Source: the human T2T-CHM13v2.0 reference genome, Homo sapiens
Length of the DNA stretch: 64,000 nucleotides
Reading direction: 5' to 3' (one strand)
NCBI RefSeq assembly: GCF_009914755.1
Contig: NC_060939.1
The position numbers were made by a program, and so were the translations under genes. The notes under the pieces are model-generated. The model was given only the letters and a program-made list of their open reading frames with translations. It did not search any database and was not told where the DNA came from. Shown here piece after piece: positions 37,823 through 58,330 of the stretch (its first letter is position 1; each line of letters begins with the position of its first letter).

Positions 37823-38685
37823 TTATAGTGACCCATCAAATATGCATAAAAAAGTAAGGAAGCCTGGGCATGGTGGCTCATGCCTGTAATCCCAGCACTT
37901 TGGGAGGCTGAGGCAGGCGGATCATGAAGTCAAGAGATCGAGCCCATCCTGGCCAACATGGTGAAACCCTGTCTCTACTAAAAATACAAAAATTAGCTGG
38001 GTGTGGTTGGGGGAGCCTGTAATCCCAGATGCTCGGAGGCTGAGGGAGGATAATCGCTTGAACCCAGGAGGCGGAGGTTGCAGTGAGCCTGGGGGACAGA
38101 GTGAGACTCCATCTCAAAAAAAAAAAAAAGAAAAAAAAAAAAAAGGAAGGAAGGAAGCTTGCAGTTTTGATTAATAATAAAGGCTGGTGTTTCCATGGTC
38201 CCCATCCCTGGGAAGACCTGTGGGCTACCTTCCCAGGTTTCTTTTGCCTCTGCAACCTGGTCGAGGGGTTAAGAGTTGGGGAGGTGAGTAGAACTGAGTG
38301 GCTTTGCTCCACTTTTTTCCCTTAATCCTGGCAAAGGGTCCCATACATCATAGCTGTTAAGATGCTCACAGCTTCTCTGAGGGCAGAGTTCACTTCATTG
38401 CTTTCTTTCTTGGGGTTTCACTCCTTTCATTCTGCTTTTTATCCTTTCCTGGCCTGGTTGACTCTGGATATATCATAGATATTTTCTGAATCTTCTTCTG
38501 TATTTGTTAAATAGGGTTAAGACCCTTCTCTGGCCTTTTCACTAGAATACAACAAAGATTAAATCAGCTTTCATTGATAAGAGAGCTTTGTATAATGCAA
38601 ATTATAAGTATCATTTGTGATGGCCATAATCTAGGATTAAATTGCATTCCCTAACACAAAAACTTTCCATTCCTCAGTATGATAG

Positions 38686-38964
<279 letters not shown>

Positions 38965-41373
38965 TAAAGTGCTGGAATTACAGGTGTGAGCCACTGCGCC
39001 CAGCCTGTTTTCAGAACTTCTTTATCTCCTAGGCCAGCCAGAAACATTAGTGAGAACTTGGAAAACAACTGCTGCATGTCTGGGGTTGACATAACGTCTG
39101 TTCCCTCAGTGGGTCTTATCTTCTGCCCTGTGAACAGTGATCCACCTCATGTATTCACAATTCACAGTCTTGCTCTTCCTTTCATTCAGGTAGGCAGGTA
39201 GTCTCAGGCCAAACTTCCCAAAGGTTATGAATTCAGGTTCTGGATTCCCATCTAGAATCAGTCTACTTGGGTCCGGAACATTTGGAGCCCATGTAAATAC
39301 TGAGTGTGTGTGTGGTGTGTGTGTGTGTCTGTGTAGGGAGGATGAACTTGAAAATGCTATGGAAATAAATAATGGAGTAGCAAGGAGGACGTTCTGTCTG
39401 ATTACAGTAAAATAATTCTAAATTAATAGGAGACGGGAATAGGAAAGGTGACTAAGAGAAAAGCTAATTTCTGATAGAAACTTAGGGAGCAAAACCTATG
39501 TAGCTAAGCAGCGGCTAAGAGGGAATGAGACATGATATAAAACCTGAAGAAGAGGCGTCCTGGTTTTAGCTTAGCCCAAGGGCAAAAGTAATAGGAGAAT
39601 AAAACAGACTTCTACAATCTGTAGATTTCTTCTTGTTCTGCTAGAAAAGACAGAGTTGGTGGGGGACAGTGGGGTGTTTAGGACTATATGGAACCTTCTT
39701 GAAACACATACAGATAGCTTAAGGACAGACAGCATGACCACAAGTCTTCAATCTGTCATTAACTTGCACGTGTGGGTGTGTGACATCTACCTCTGACTGG
39801 AAACAGCAATTAGAAGGCGGCTTTCGTCTCTTAGAAGAGTGCCTGTTCCTATGTGAGGAGCACCCAGGACTTCAGCTGGATGACAGTGGGAAGCTGTTGA
39901 TGTAGTGGCTTTGACAGCTTCAACTCATGTCTGCTTTGGTGTCAGACACTCCTGATCTTTCCCGAGCTTTCACGCAGTACAGTAGGAAAAACTGTAGGCT
40001 TCTCTTCTCAGTAAAGGACTAGATATTGCCACTCATCACTCTTCTTAAGTCTATCCACTAAGAGTGAAGAAGCATGTCAGAGCTTACCCATCGGTCCTGA
40101 ACTGACCTCCTCTGGAGGTCTCTCAGTTGGCCACAGTTTAGCTCTGTGTCCTCATCACTATGAGGAATTAGTCTTCCCTTCGCATCCACCAGGAGGAGGT
40201 AGAGGGCATGCCCGTTTGGGTGATGCCAGGACCGGCGCGCTTCACAGGGGTTTGTAAGCACCCCCTCAACCTCCCTTCCTTTTCCTGGCAGCAAATAGCA
40301 GAGGTTAGTGAGCATCAGCCTTGTCTCCCTGAGTGGGGAGGAGGGAAATGGGGGAAGGGAGACAGCATATCAAAATGCACTTCCAAAATGAAAATGAAGA
40401 CAAAAAAGAAGAAAAAATGATTTCTGTGGCACATGGTGCTACTGAGGGAGAGGTGATGACAGCCTCCTCCCATTTCAGGAACAGTTCCCAGCGTTGTCTG
40501 TAGGCGGATTCACATGACACATTCTTAAACCCAATTCCATTCTGTGTTGCGTTTGCTCCTTGCTCACATCTCAGGAACAATGTATCTCTACATCTTTGTA
40601 TCTAAGTTTGATTCTGAATGGATTGTCTAGCTGAATATCCCGGCTGCCCCGCTTGTAATGAATTTGTGCCAGTACTTAGCCTTTTGAGTCATGAAACCCC
40701 ATCAACCCAGCTCTCTGCATCTGCACATGACCTGGAATGCCTGGAGAGTTACTAAGAAGTTGGAAGTTCTTCACGATGTCTCGATGTGAAAAAATACAAA
40801 TGCATATTGCTGGAGGAAGTAATACCAATGATGCAAATTTGCCTGGAAACTATTCTGAACCCAGCTGTCCTTCCTGGAAAATGAAATTTTGGTTGCGGCA
40901 TTTTTTGATTGATGTCTCTACATGAGGAGGTTTTTGGCTTTTTAGTGTTGCTGCTTTTCTGTTCTCACTCCTCTAAGAATCTTTGCCAAAATACCACTGA
41001 CATTTGAGGAAGAGAATAGAGACAGTTTGGTTTCTTACTTGTAAATTCCTCTGTTTCCTTGGTGATGTAAATAATTATGTAATATATAAAAAGTTTTTAG
41101 CAAATTCAAATTTTGGTTTGAAAAAAACAGGTTTTGTTACCTGTGGTAAAGTCTAGAGGAACAATCTCAGAGAGCTAGAAACTGTCTGTTCCTCCTTAAC
41201 TCTTTTTACTATTATTATTTTTAAATTTTTAGTAGAGTCAGGGTTTCACCATGTTGGCCAAGCTGGTCTGGAACTCCTGACCTCAAGTGATCTGCCCGCC
41301 TCGGCTTCCTATAGTGCTGAGATTACAGGCGTGAGCCACCGCGCCCAGCCGTGTTCCTCTTTAACTGTTTTTA

Positions 41374-41520
<147 letters not shown>

Positions 41521-41559
41521 TTAGCTGGGCATGGTGGCAGGTGCCTGTAATTCCAGCTA

Positions 41560-41760
<201 letters not shown>

Positions 41761-43747
41761 TTAAACATGCACTTTTAAAAGTTTCAGTAAGTCTGCCCAG
41801 GTGTGCGGCTGGTGTACAGCCCTGTCAGAAGACAGCCTAGAATAATTCTCTGCCACCTTCAGCTTTATTAGGAGAATCCTGTCCAAAGGGCAGACCCAGA
41901 GTCCAGGAATGTGAAAGGAAGGGCAGAATCACCTCAAACAGCCCGAAAGGACTGAGGAATTCCACACATCTGGTTTGTGGAATCTTCAAGGGGAGAGGTT
42001 CTATTAGCAGAAGAAAATAGGAGACTGATGGTCTGGAAGAGGGCTCACTCTATTTGCACCCTCAGAGGCATACTTTTCACTCTGGCTATTCTAAACTTTT
42101 ATATTCACTCAGGTTCCCAATTTCCGCTCTTCCTTTTCCATCGGTTACTCTTTTACTCTTGGCAAATCGCCTTATCTCCTTTCTATCTCGTGGGTAGAAA
42201 TATGAGCACTACCTTTTTTTTTTCTTTTTGAGACAGGGTCTCACTCTATTAACCCAGTCTGGAGTGCAGTGGTACAATCACGGCTCACTGCAGCCTCCAC
42301 CTCCCAGTCTCAATCGATCCTCCCATCTCAGCCTTCTGAGTAGCTGGGACTACAGGCACACATCACTATGCCCGGCTAATTATTATCATTATTTTTTTTG
42401 TAGATATGAGGTCTCACCATGTTGCCCAGTCTGGTCTCTAACTCCTAGGCTCAACTGATCCTCCCACCTTGGCCTTCCAAAGTGCTGGGATTACAGGTGT
42501 GAGTCACCATGCCTGGCTGAGTACTACCATTTATTAGCTGTTTGACCTTGTTAAAGTCACCTCACTTCTTGGTGACTCTGTTTCCATAACTGTAAAATGG
42601 GGATAACAATAGTATATACTTTAGGAGGTTGTAAGGATTAAGTGAGTTAATACATTACAAATTATTTAGGCTAGTAAATGTTAGGGCTTATGATTATTAC
42701 TGAGAAGACAGAAATCAATGACATGAACTCCATTATACAAATTCCTCTCCACCTAAAAAATACCTGTATCATTACCCACCACTTCTTCTCTTTCTACTTC
42801 AGAGCAAATGACTGTCTTATTTTCTTTTTTCTTTCTTTTTTTTTTTTGAGAAGGCGTCTCACTCTGTCAGCCAGGCTGGAGTGCAGTGGTGCGATCTTGG
42901 CTCACTGCAACCTCCGCCTCCCTGGGTTCAAGTGATTCTTCTGCCTCAGCCTCCCAAGTAGCTGGGACTATAGGCGCCCACCACAACGCCTGGCTAACTT
43001 TTGTATTTTTAGTAGAGACAGGATTTTGCCATGTTGGCCAGGCTGGTCTCGAACCCCTGACCTCAGGTGATCCACCCGCCTCGGCCTCCCAAAGTGCTAG
43101 GATTATAGGCATGAGCCACTGAGCCCAGCCAACTGTCATTTCCTAAATTGGCGCTTTCCACCTGTGTCTTGATTCTATCTTCTCCTGTCTCCTTAAGGGA
43201 ACTTATTGCATGATTTATTTTCTCCTTCACATTTTAAATTGGTTCCTTTGTCCTGTCTCCTTGTTTTCATCTCACACGCATTCAGGTCTCTCCCATTTGG
43301 AAAAGGCCTCTATATGACCTCACTCTCTTTAAGCTACTGTCCCATTTTTTCCTCCTCCTTTTACTGCCAAATACTGTGTGCCTCCATGTCTTCATGACTC
43401 ATTCTCTCATTATTCCTCTGCCATCTGGCTCTTTCCTGCAACACCCCACTCTCACATAGCTGTGCCTATGGTCATCCAGCTCTAAATTCAAAGAACTTAA
43501 AAAAATGTTTAAGAGATGTGGTCTTGCTTTATTGCCCAGGCTGGAGTACAGTGGCTATTGACAGCCACAATTACAGCTCACTGCAGCCTCCAACTCCTGG
43601 GCTCAAGCAATCCTCCTGCCTCAGTCTCCCCAGTAGCTGGGACTATAGATGCACATCACTGCACATGGCTCCAAAGGACTTTTCTTGATTTCTGTTCTCC
43701 TTAGCCTCTTTGCTGTGATCAATATTGCTGACCATCATCTGCTATGA

Positions 43748-44182
<435 letters not shown>

Positions 44183-44846
44183 TGAGCCACCACTCCTGGC
44201 CCTGATTTATTTCTATACTCATACTCTTTGATCTTTTTCTCACGCCTTATTATATCTCTAAATGTCTCCTGAACACTCATCCTTCATCTTTCTTTTTTTT
44301 TCTTTTAAGACAGAGTCGCTCTGTTGCCCAGCCTGGAGTGCAGTGGTGTGATCTCAGCTCACTGCAACCTCCGCCTCCTGAGTTCAAGTGTCTCCTGCCT
44401 CAGCCTCCCAAGTAGCTGGGATTACAGGCACCTGCCACCACCTCGTCTAATTTTTTTTTTTTTTTGAGATAAGAGTCTTGCTTTGTTGCCCAGGCTGGAG
44501 TGCAGTGGCGTGAACTCAGCTCACCGCAACCTCTGCCTCCTGGGCTCAAGAGATTCTCTTGCCTCAGCCTCCCAAGTACCTGGGACTACAGGCATGCACC
44601 ACTGCGTCCAGCTAGTTTTTGTATTTTTAGTAGAGCCAGGGTTTCCCCATGTTGGCCAGGCTGGTCTTGAACTCCTGACCTTAGGTGATCTGCCTGCCTT
44701 GGCCTCTCAAATTGCTAGGATTATAGGCGTGAGCCACCGTGCCTGGCCTTGTCCTTCATCATTCTTTGTTCTCACTTCCTCAGCTTCATCATACATCATG
44801 CTTGCTCCCACTTGTTTTGGCCACACTAGCCTTTTTTTTTTGTTTG

Positions 44847-44878
<32 letters not shown>

Positions 44879-44968
44879 TTGAGACAGAGTCTCGCTTTTG
44901 TCGCCCAGGCTGGTGGGCAGTGGTGCGATCTTGGCTCACTGCAATCTCTGCCTCCTGGGTTCAAGTAA

Positions 44969-45178
<210 letters not shown>

Positions 45179-46941
45179 TAGTTTACTGAAGGTGCTGTGG
45201 CATGTTTTTTTTTTTTTCCTGGTTATTGTTAACTTGCATTTATCTTTATCTCTAAAAATTGAAATATAATTCGCTTACCACACAATTTACCCCTTTAAAG
45301 TATGCAATTCAGTGGATTTTAGTATGTTCACAAAGTTGTGCAACTGTTACCACTATCTCATTCCAGAGCATTTTCATTGCCTCAAAGAGAAACTCCATAC
45401 CCAAGAGCAGACACCCCTTCTTCTTCTCTGCTCCCCACCACCCCCTGGCACTCACTAATCTACTTTCTGTCTCTATGCTGTTGGCTTTGGAACATGCTGT
45501 TCCTTCTGCCTAGAACTTTCCCCATCTTGTCTCCTAGTCAACTCTTGCTCTTACCTTCAGCTCTCACTGCCAGCTTCCTCAAGCGGGTCAGTTCTCTTTA
45601 TGCTTCCATATGAATATGTACCACTTTGTAGCATTTATCACAAATTGTATTTTAATATTTATTTATGGAATTCTTTGATTTATGTCTGTCATCCCAATAA
45701 GAGACATGAGGGCAAAAACTATATATATATTTTGGGGGGCATTCATAAATGAATAAAATTTGTCATCTCTGTCTATTACACAGCTTCACTTGAATGTAAT
45801 AGTATGCCACCTAACACAGCTAAGACAATATAAATTGTTTTTCTCTGAAAACCGATTCCTCCTTCAGTCTCCCCGATTTGATGATGCTTCTTCATTCTCC
45901 AGGGCACACAGGCTTCGTTTCTTGGAGACATTTGACTCCTTTCCTCTGTCCTATCTCCCACATTCAGTGCTCTTCAAATTCTTCAGTCCTTTGGATGTTT
46001 GTACTCCAGTCTTTCACGTAGTGTCCTTAGTGCTCAGTTAACATCTAGTGTAACTTTTGGAAGTATCTGCAGAGAGGGAAATGGCTGCAGCCACGAGGAT
46101 AGGTGAGCCTTCAAGGACTGCTACAGGAGTGAAAGAGAAACAGAAAAAAAAAAGGAAATGGCAGAGGATGGCGACCTAGGACACAGCCATACAACAGAGG
46201 GCTGGAGAATACTTAGCAGTAAAGTAACGAGAGAAGCAAAAGGAGACCCTGACTAATGTGCTGTAATCCATTCACCATTTACCGAGCATCTGTTACTTGC
46301 CAGGTACTTACATTATGGTGAGACGAACATGAATCAGAAGCTGTCTCTTTGCTGAAGGAAGTCAGGGTCTAGTGAAAGAGAGAAGCATGTAAACAAAAAC
46401 TTACAATACAATACAATACAATGCTTGGTAAGTATTATAATAAAAGTATTCACACAGTGTTCTGCAAGCCAGAGGAGGTGGTGACTAAGATTCTCTCAGG
46501 ACAGGGGTGGGTAGAGGTGGGTGTCACAGGATGCCTAGGACTTTTTAGCAGCCTGAGATTGCAAGGAGTGACATTCCAAGAAGACAGAACAACCTCAAGA
46601 AGCCGGGGCCCATGTGGAACTTCAAATCATTTTGTTTAGTTTTAGTGTAAAGAAGGGAATATTGGCTGGGCGCGGTGGCTCACGCCTGTAATCCCAGCAC
46701 TTTGGGAGGCCCAGGTGGGTGGATCACGAGGTAAGGAGTTCAAAACCAGCCTGACCAAGATGGTGAAATCCTGTCTCTACTAAAAATACCAAAATTAGCT
46801 GGGCGTGGTGGCGGGCACCTGTACTCCCAGCCACTCGGGAGGCTGAGGCAGAGAATTGCTTGAACCTGGGAGGCAGAGTTTGCAGTGAGCCGAGTTCGCG
46901 CCACTGTACTCCAGCCTGGGAGACGAAGCGAGACTCTGTCT

Positions 46942-46975
<34 letters not shown>

Positions 46976-47107
46976 AAATATCTTGGGAATTCAGGCTGGG
47001 GTGACTTTGTGTTTGTGAAGGGTCTCCTAAGAAGCTATGGAGGTTACTTTATATTCTCTAGCTAATGGAGAGTCACCAAAGGTTGGTTGGTTGATTTGTT
47101 TTTTTGA

Positions 47108-47293
<186 letters not shown>

Positions 47294-47319
47294 TGACCAG
47301 ATGTGTCTTGAATTCCTGA

Positions 47320-47508
<189 letters not shown>

Positions 47509-47811
47509 TAGCTGGGACTACAGGCGCCCGCCACCATGCCCGGCTAATTTTTTTGTATTTTTAGTAGACACGGGGTTTCACCGTGTTAGCCAGATGGTCT
47601 CAATCTCCTGACCTCATGATCCAACCGCCTCGCCTCCCAAAGTGCTGGGATTACAGGTGAGAGCAACCGCGCACGCCTGGCCTTTTTTAAAAAATCAACT
47701 TCATTAAGGCATAATTTACATACAATATAATATATAGATTTTAAGTATACAGTTCAGAGTTTTGATAAATGCATACATTTGTATAACCATTACCCTAATC
47801 AAGATAGATAA

Positions 47812-48099
<288 letters not shown>

Positions 48100-48196
48100 T
48101 AGCTGATACAGAACATTTCTGTCACCTCTAAGTCCTCTTGTGCCCCTTTGTCGTTGATTCTGCCTCTTCCCACAGGTAATATTGTTGTGATTTCTA

Positions 48197-48990
<794 letters not shown>

Positions 48991-48994
48991 ATCA

Positions 48995-51376
<2,382 letters not shown>

Positions 51377-51399
51377 TTAAAAAAATATATATATTGGCC

Positions 51400-51467
51400 A
51401 AGACTACACTTTCAGGAATCATTTCTATAGTTTGTTACTAGAGAAGTTTCTCTGAATACGTAGAGCA
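51400..51467 (+). pseudogene. U3 snoRNA (SNORD3) 5' fragment retropseudogene, nt 1-68
   Basis: AAGACTACACTTTCAGGAATCATTTCTATAGTTTGTTACTAGAGAAGTTTCTCTGAATACGTAGAGCA closely matches the recalled U3 5' end; aaaatatata occurs on both flanks. Confidence 0.9.
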
Positions 51468-51610
51468 AAATATATAATAAGACAAAAAGGGGGCCAGGCG
51501 CAGTGACTCATGCCTGTAATCCCAGAACTTTGGGAGGCCGAGGCAGGTGGATCATCAGGTCAGGAGATCAAAACCATCCTGGCTAACAGGGTGAAACCCT
51601 GTCTCTACTA

Positions 51611-52154
<544 letters not shown>

Positions 52155-52417
52155 CTATCTCTACAAAAAATACAAAAAATTAGCCGGGGTGGTGCTGCAT
52201 GCCTGTAGTCCCACTTACTCCCTAGTAAGTGGGAGGCTGAGGTGGGAGGATTACTTGAGCCCAGGAGGTTGAGGCTGCAGTGAGCTAAGCAGCTGTGATC
52301 TTGCAACTGCCCTCCAGCCTGGGTGACAGAGTGAAACCCTGTCTCCAAAAAAAAAAAAAAAATTGGATTTTTGTTTTATTATTATTACAGGGTTTTTTAT
52401 TTATTTATTTTTTTTAA

Positions 52418-52954
<537 letters not shown>

Positions 52955-53089
52955 TGACCACCTGCCTCGGCCTCCCAAATTGCTGGGATTACAGGTGTGA
53001 GCCACCGCACCTGGCCTATTACAGGGTTCTTAATATATTGTGGATTTTTGTCCTTTGTTAGATATATGTATTGTGACTACATGTTAATG

Positions 53090-54310
<1,221 letters not shown>

Positions 54311-54328
54311 GATTTTTTAATTTTTATT

Positions 54329-54359
<31 letters not shown>

Positions 54360-55052
54360 TTTTGAGATGGAGTCTCGCTCTGTCGCCCAGGCTGGAGTGC
54401 AGTGGCACCATCTCAGCTCACTGCAAGGTCCGCCTCCCGGGTTCACACAGGTTTTGTAGCCTGGCAAAGTTACTGGAATGGTGGTGATACTGCCCATGTA
54501 GAGGAATGCTGTAGTACTTGTGTGTAGTGGTGAAGGGACGGATAATTAGCTTGGCTTTGGAAATGCTGAGTTTCAGATGTCTATGGGAAGTTCTGCCTAA
54601 GCGAATCCCTCCCTTTTTTAAGGGTAAATGATGAAGCTAGTAGAGGTTCTATGGAACCACTGGAAGGAGGCCAGGAAGACAGCATCCGAAATATTGTTAT
54701 ATAAGTGAAGAGCGAGTTTTGAGGTGTCTTTACTTTGAGATATTCATATAAAAATTTTTAGTCTCCTTGAAGTTCAGGCACAGGTGCCCTCTCTAATCGT
54801 CTATCAGCATTATTTTACTGCAATAATGTCTACAGCTCAGCATTTTAACATGTTAAGAAAAAAAATGAAATGAAGGTGGGAGACAATGTAAATATATATA
54901 CCAACAGATGGGCAGTAGTCACCAAGGATTCCAAAAAAGATCTGTGGTACACGAATCTGTTAGTGTTCCTCTAGCACTGTCTAGGGGAGAAACAGAATAG
55001 TGGAGAAAAAAGATTCAACAATGTGCTGTATTGCACAGAGTACAGGGTGCTA

Positions 55053-55325
<273 letters not shown>

Positions 55326-55327
55326 TC

Positions 55328-55330
<3 letters not shown>

Positions 55331-55376
<46 letters not shown>
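55331..55376. repeat. (AC)23 microsatellite forming an Alu tail
   Basis: Read directly from the sequence. Confidence 0.95.
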
Positions 55377-55381
<5 letters not shown>

Positions 55382-55400
55382 AGCCAGGTACAGTGGCTCA

Positions 55401-55724
<324 letters not shown>

Positions 55725-57269
55725 TCAAAGGAACTGAAAATCAAAAAGTTCAAAAACGGGTAGGCGTGGTGGCTCACGCCAGTAATCCCAGCATTTTGGG
55801 AAGCCTAGGCAGGCAGATCACCTGAGGTCGGAAGTTCGAGACCATCCTGGCCAATATGGTGAATGAAACCCCATCTCTACTAAAAATACAAAAATTGCCA
55901 GGCATGGTAGCAGGCGCCTATAATCCCAGCTACTCAGGAGGATGAGACACCAGAATCGCCTGAACCCGGGAGATGGAGGTTGCAGTGAGCTGAGATCACG
56001 CCTTTGTAATCTAGCCTGGGCAACAGAGACTCGGTCTCAAAAAAAAAAAAAAAAAAAAAAAAAGTTCAAAAACCTGTTCACCACAATCAGAGTGCAGGAA
56101 GAAAAAGAGCTGCAAGTTGACATGGATCTGTCTGACTTCAAACCTTGGGTTCTTTCCACTATAGCCAATAGGTCCCAAACCCAGTTGTGCATAACAATTA
56201 CCTGAAGAACGTGTTAAGATATATTTTTCCAGATTCCCACTCAAGACTGACTCAGAAAATGATACTACTAGTATAGCACTTTTCTCTGAGTTGTTGTAAG
56301 GATTATATATAATGAAGAATATTGGCATGTTTTATAAACTTCAAGTGTAACATCATATGCTTACAATTCAATGCTTTTTATTACGTATGATCATCTAATA
56401 CCCTTTCTTTTGGTTTTCTAGTCAGGGAATAATTTTCTGATAATTAGGCTTATGGAGTACCTTGAAATTAGAAAAGGGTGCCCCAAACTATATTTTGGCT
56501 TGATAACCACATTATAAATGAATACATTTAATTTTTAATCTATAAATAAGAGCTCTTGAGCTTGACCATCGCTAGTCAAGTTCTTCAAGCTTAATCATCT
56601 CTTTAAGAATTGATGAAATCGTTCTAAAATCCGGCAAAGCTGAAGAATGGAGTTCAAAGCAGAAAAGGTGTGAATTGTTTTAAGTGGGGATTTCATTAGG
56701 TTTTGGCCTGAAGGGCAGTTTGTGAATATGTTACAAAGTTAATTGGTTCTGATGCATGACCACTTTTTCTGAGTTAGGAGACGGTGTTTTTTTTTTTTCT
56801 CGTTTCCAATATACCATATTTCGTACGAGGTGGAACCAGCAACTGTGATAGACATGTCCCCGCCTCCTTTAAAACGCCTCTTGCTCTTACCACCCCTACT
56901 TTCCCCAACAGTAGCAATAAGTTTAGCAAGAAAGGTCTCATCTTCTATCCCAAGGGAAATTCTAAGTGCCATTTCCACCCTCAAGTGGGGCTCCTGGTAA
57001 GTTGCATTTAAATTAGCATTCTTTTTCACTGGCCAGGAAAGGGCTGCAGTTCATTTGCAGGCAAATACCCTTGCTGTTTTTTTTTTTTTTCCTGAATCTT
57101 TACAAAGTCACTCAGCAGGCACACACTAAACGCTTGCTCCGTGGAGAAAGGTTAAACGGTTTCCCCAAGACCACACAGATCAAACAAGTGGGAGAGGAGG
57201 GGCTGAAAGTGCCTGGTATACCTCGCCACACTCCCATAATTACCCAAACCGTCTCATTCCAAGCCCAAG

Positions 57270-58330
57270 GACCGGGCTTTCAAGGGGACACGAAAGGAAC
57301 GCCCGGGAGGTGAGCGCCAGGAGATCGGGAGAGGTGCCTTTCCCGGCATGCTCTGCAGCACACCGAGGGGCGCCAGGCGTATCCCGGCGTGCATCGGGGA
57401 GCGCCCAAGGGCGATGGTTCCCGGCTCCTGGAGAGGCGTGCGAAGTTAAGCCGGTAGGTGCGAGCTTCCTTAGCTTTGAGCCTCTGGTTTCTCGTTTCCT
57501 CTTTATGGGTTTAAATCCATAACGGCAGAAAAGGATGGCCCTCTAACTACCCTCCCTCTCCGCGTGCGAACGACTCGGCGCCGCTTCGAGCTCGGTGCCA
57601 GGTGATTAGCGGGTAGGGGCGGGCCTGCGACCAGCACGTGACCCGAACTGGCAGCCAATGACTAGCCGGGTGGTCCAGCAGCGCGAGGATTCCGGGACCC
57701 GCGAGCGGAGCGGCGCGTGGGTCGGTTGCGGTCGGCCCCGGCAGGTATGCGCAGGCGCCTTGCTTGCCACGCGCTACGCCCGTCCCCACGCGCCTGGTGG
57801 CGTGTTCTTGGCGCGAAGTGTTAAGAGTCTGGGTGTTTTTGTGCGTTGGGGGGAAGGAGAGGGTGGCGGGGGCGGGGGGGCGCTGAGGCGTCACGTGGAC
57901 GCCACAGCCAATCTCAGGCCGAGGCGCACCCACAGCTTTCCCCGGCGCCCCGGGGTGCGACGTGTTCACTGAGGTTCGACCGGGCCCTGACGGCCTGAGC
58001 GGTCTTTCGAAGCGCGTGTGCGGCCTGTAAATTCTGGCCGCGGCTTTTCGTGGCGTCCTGCTCCGCGGTGAGCACAGACGACAAGTTCTCAGCAAAATGG
58101 CTGCTGGAAAGAGTCGCCAAGCAGGGGGAGTGCTGGGGCCGCGTGAAGGTCACATGACGAGGTTGGCAGCGCGTGCTGCTGGCGCGGGGTAGGGGGAGGG
58201 TGGGGGGCGTGGCGGGTCACGTGCCTTCGACTGCGCCGGCCTGTGGTTTTCCAGCGTCTTTGCTGCGGTCGGATTGCCTGTTTTTACTCCTCCCACATCG
58301 AAGCGTGGCAAGCGTCGGTGAGAAGCTGTG
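57270..58330 (+). promoter_or_regulatory. MGA: CpG-island promoter, probably the upstream promoter and non-coding first exon(s) of MGA
   Basis: CpG-dense; GC box, CCAAT boxes (about 57655 and 57908), E-boxes, YY1-like AAAATGGC, plus-strand donors at 57454, 57745 and 58068. The MGA assignment rests on recalled TYRO3-MGA gene order; no MGA coding sequence is in the window. Confidence 0.65.

Noticed and set aside
57547-58095. 182-aa minus-strand ORF in the promoter island
   Set aside because: GC-composition artefact; no domain.
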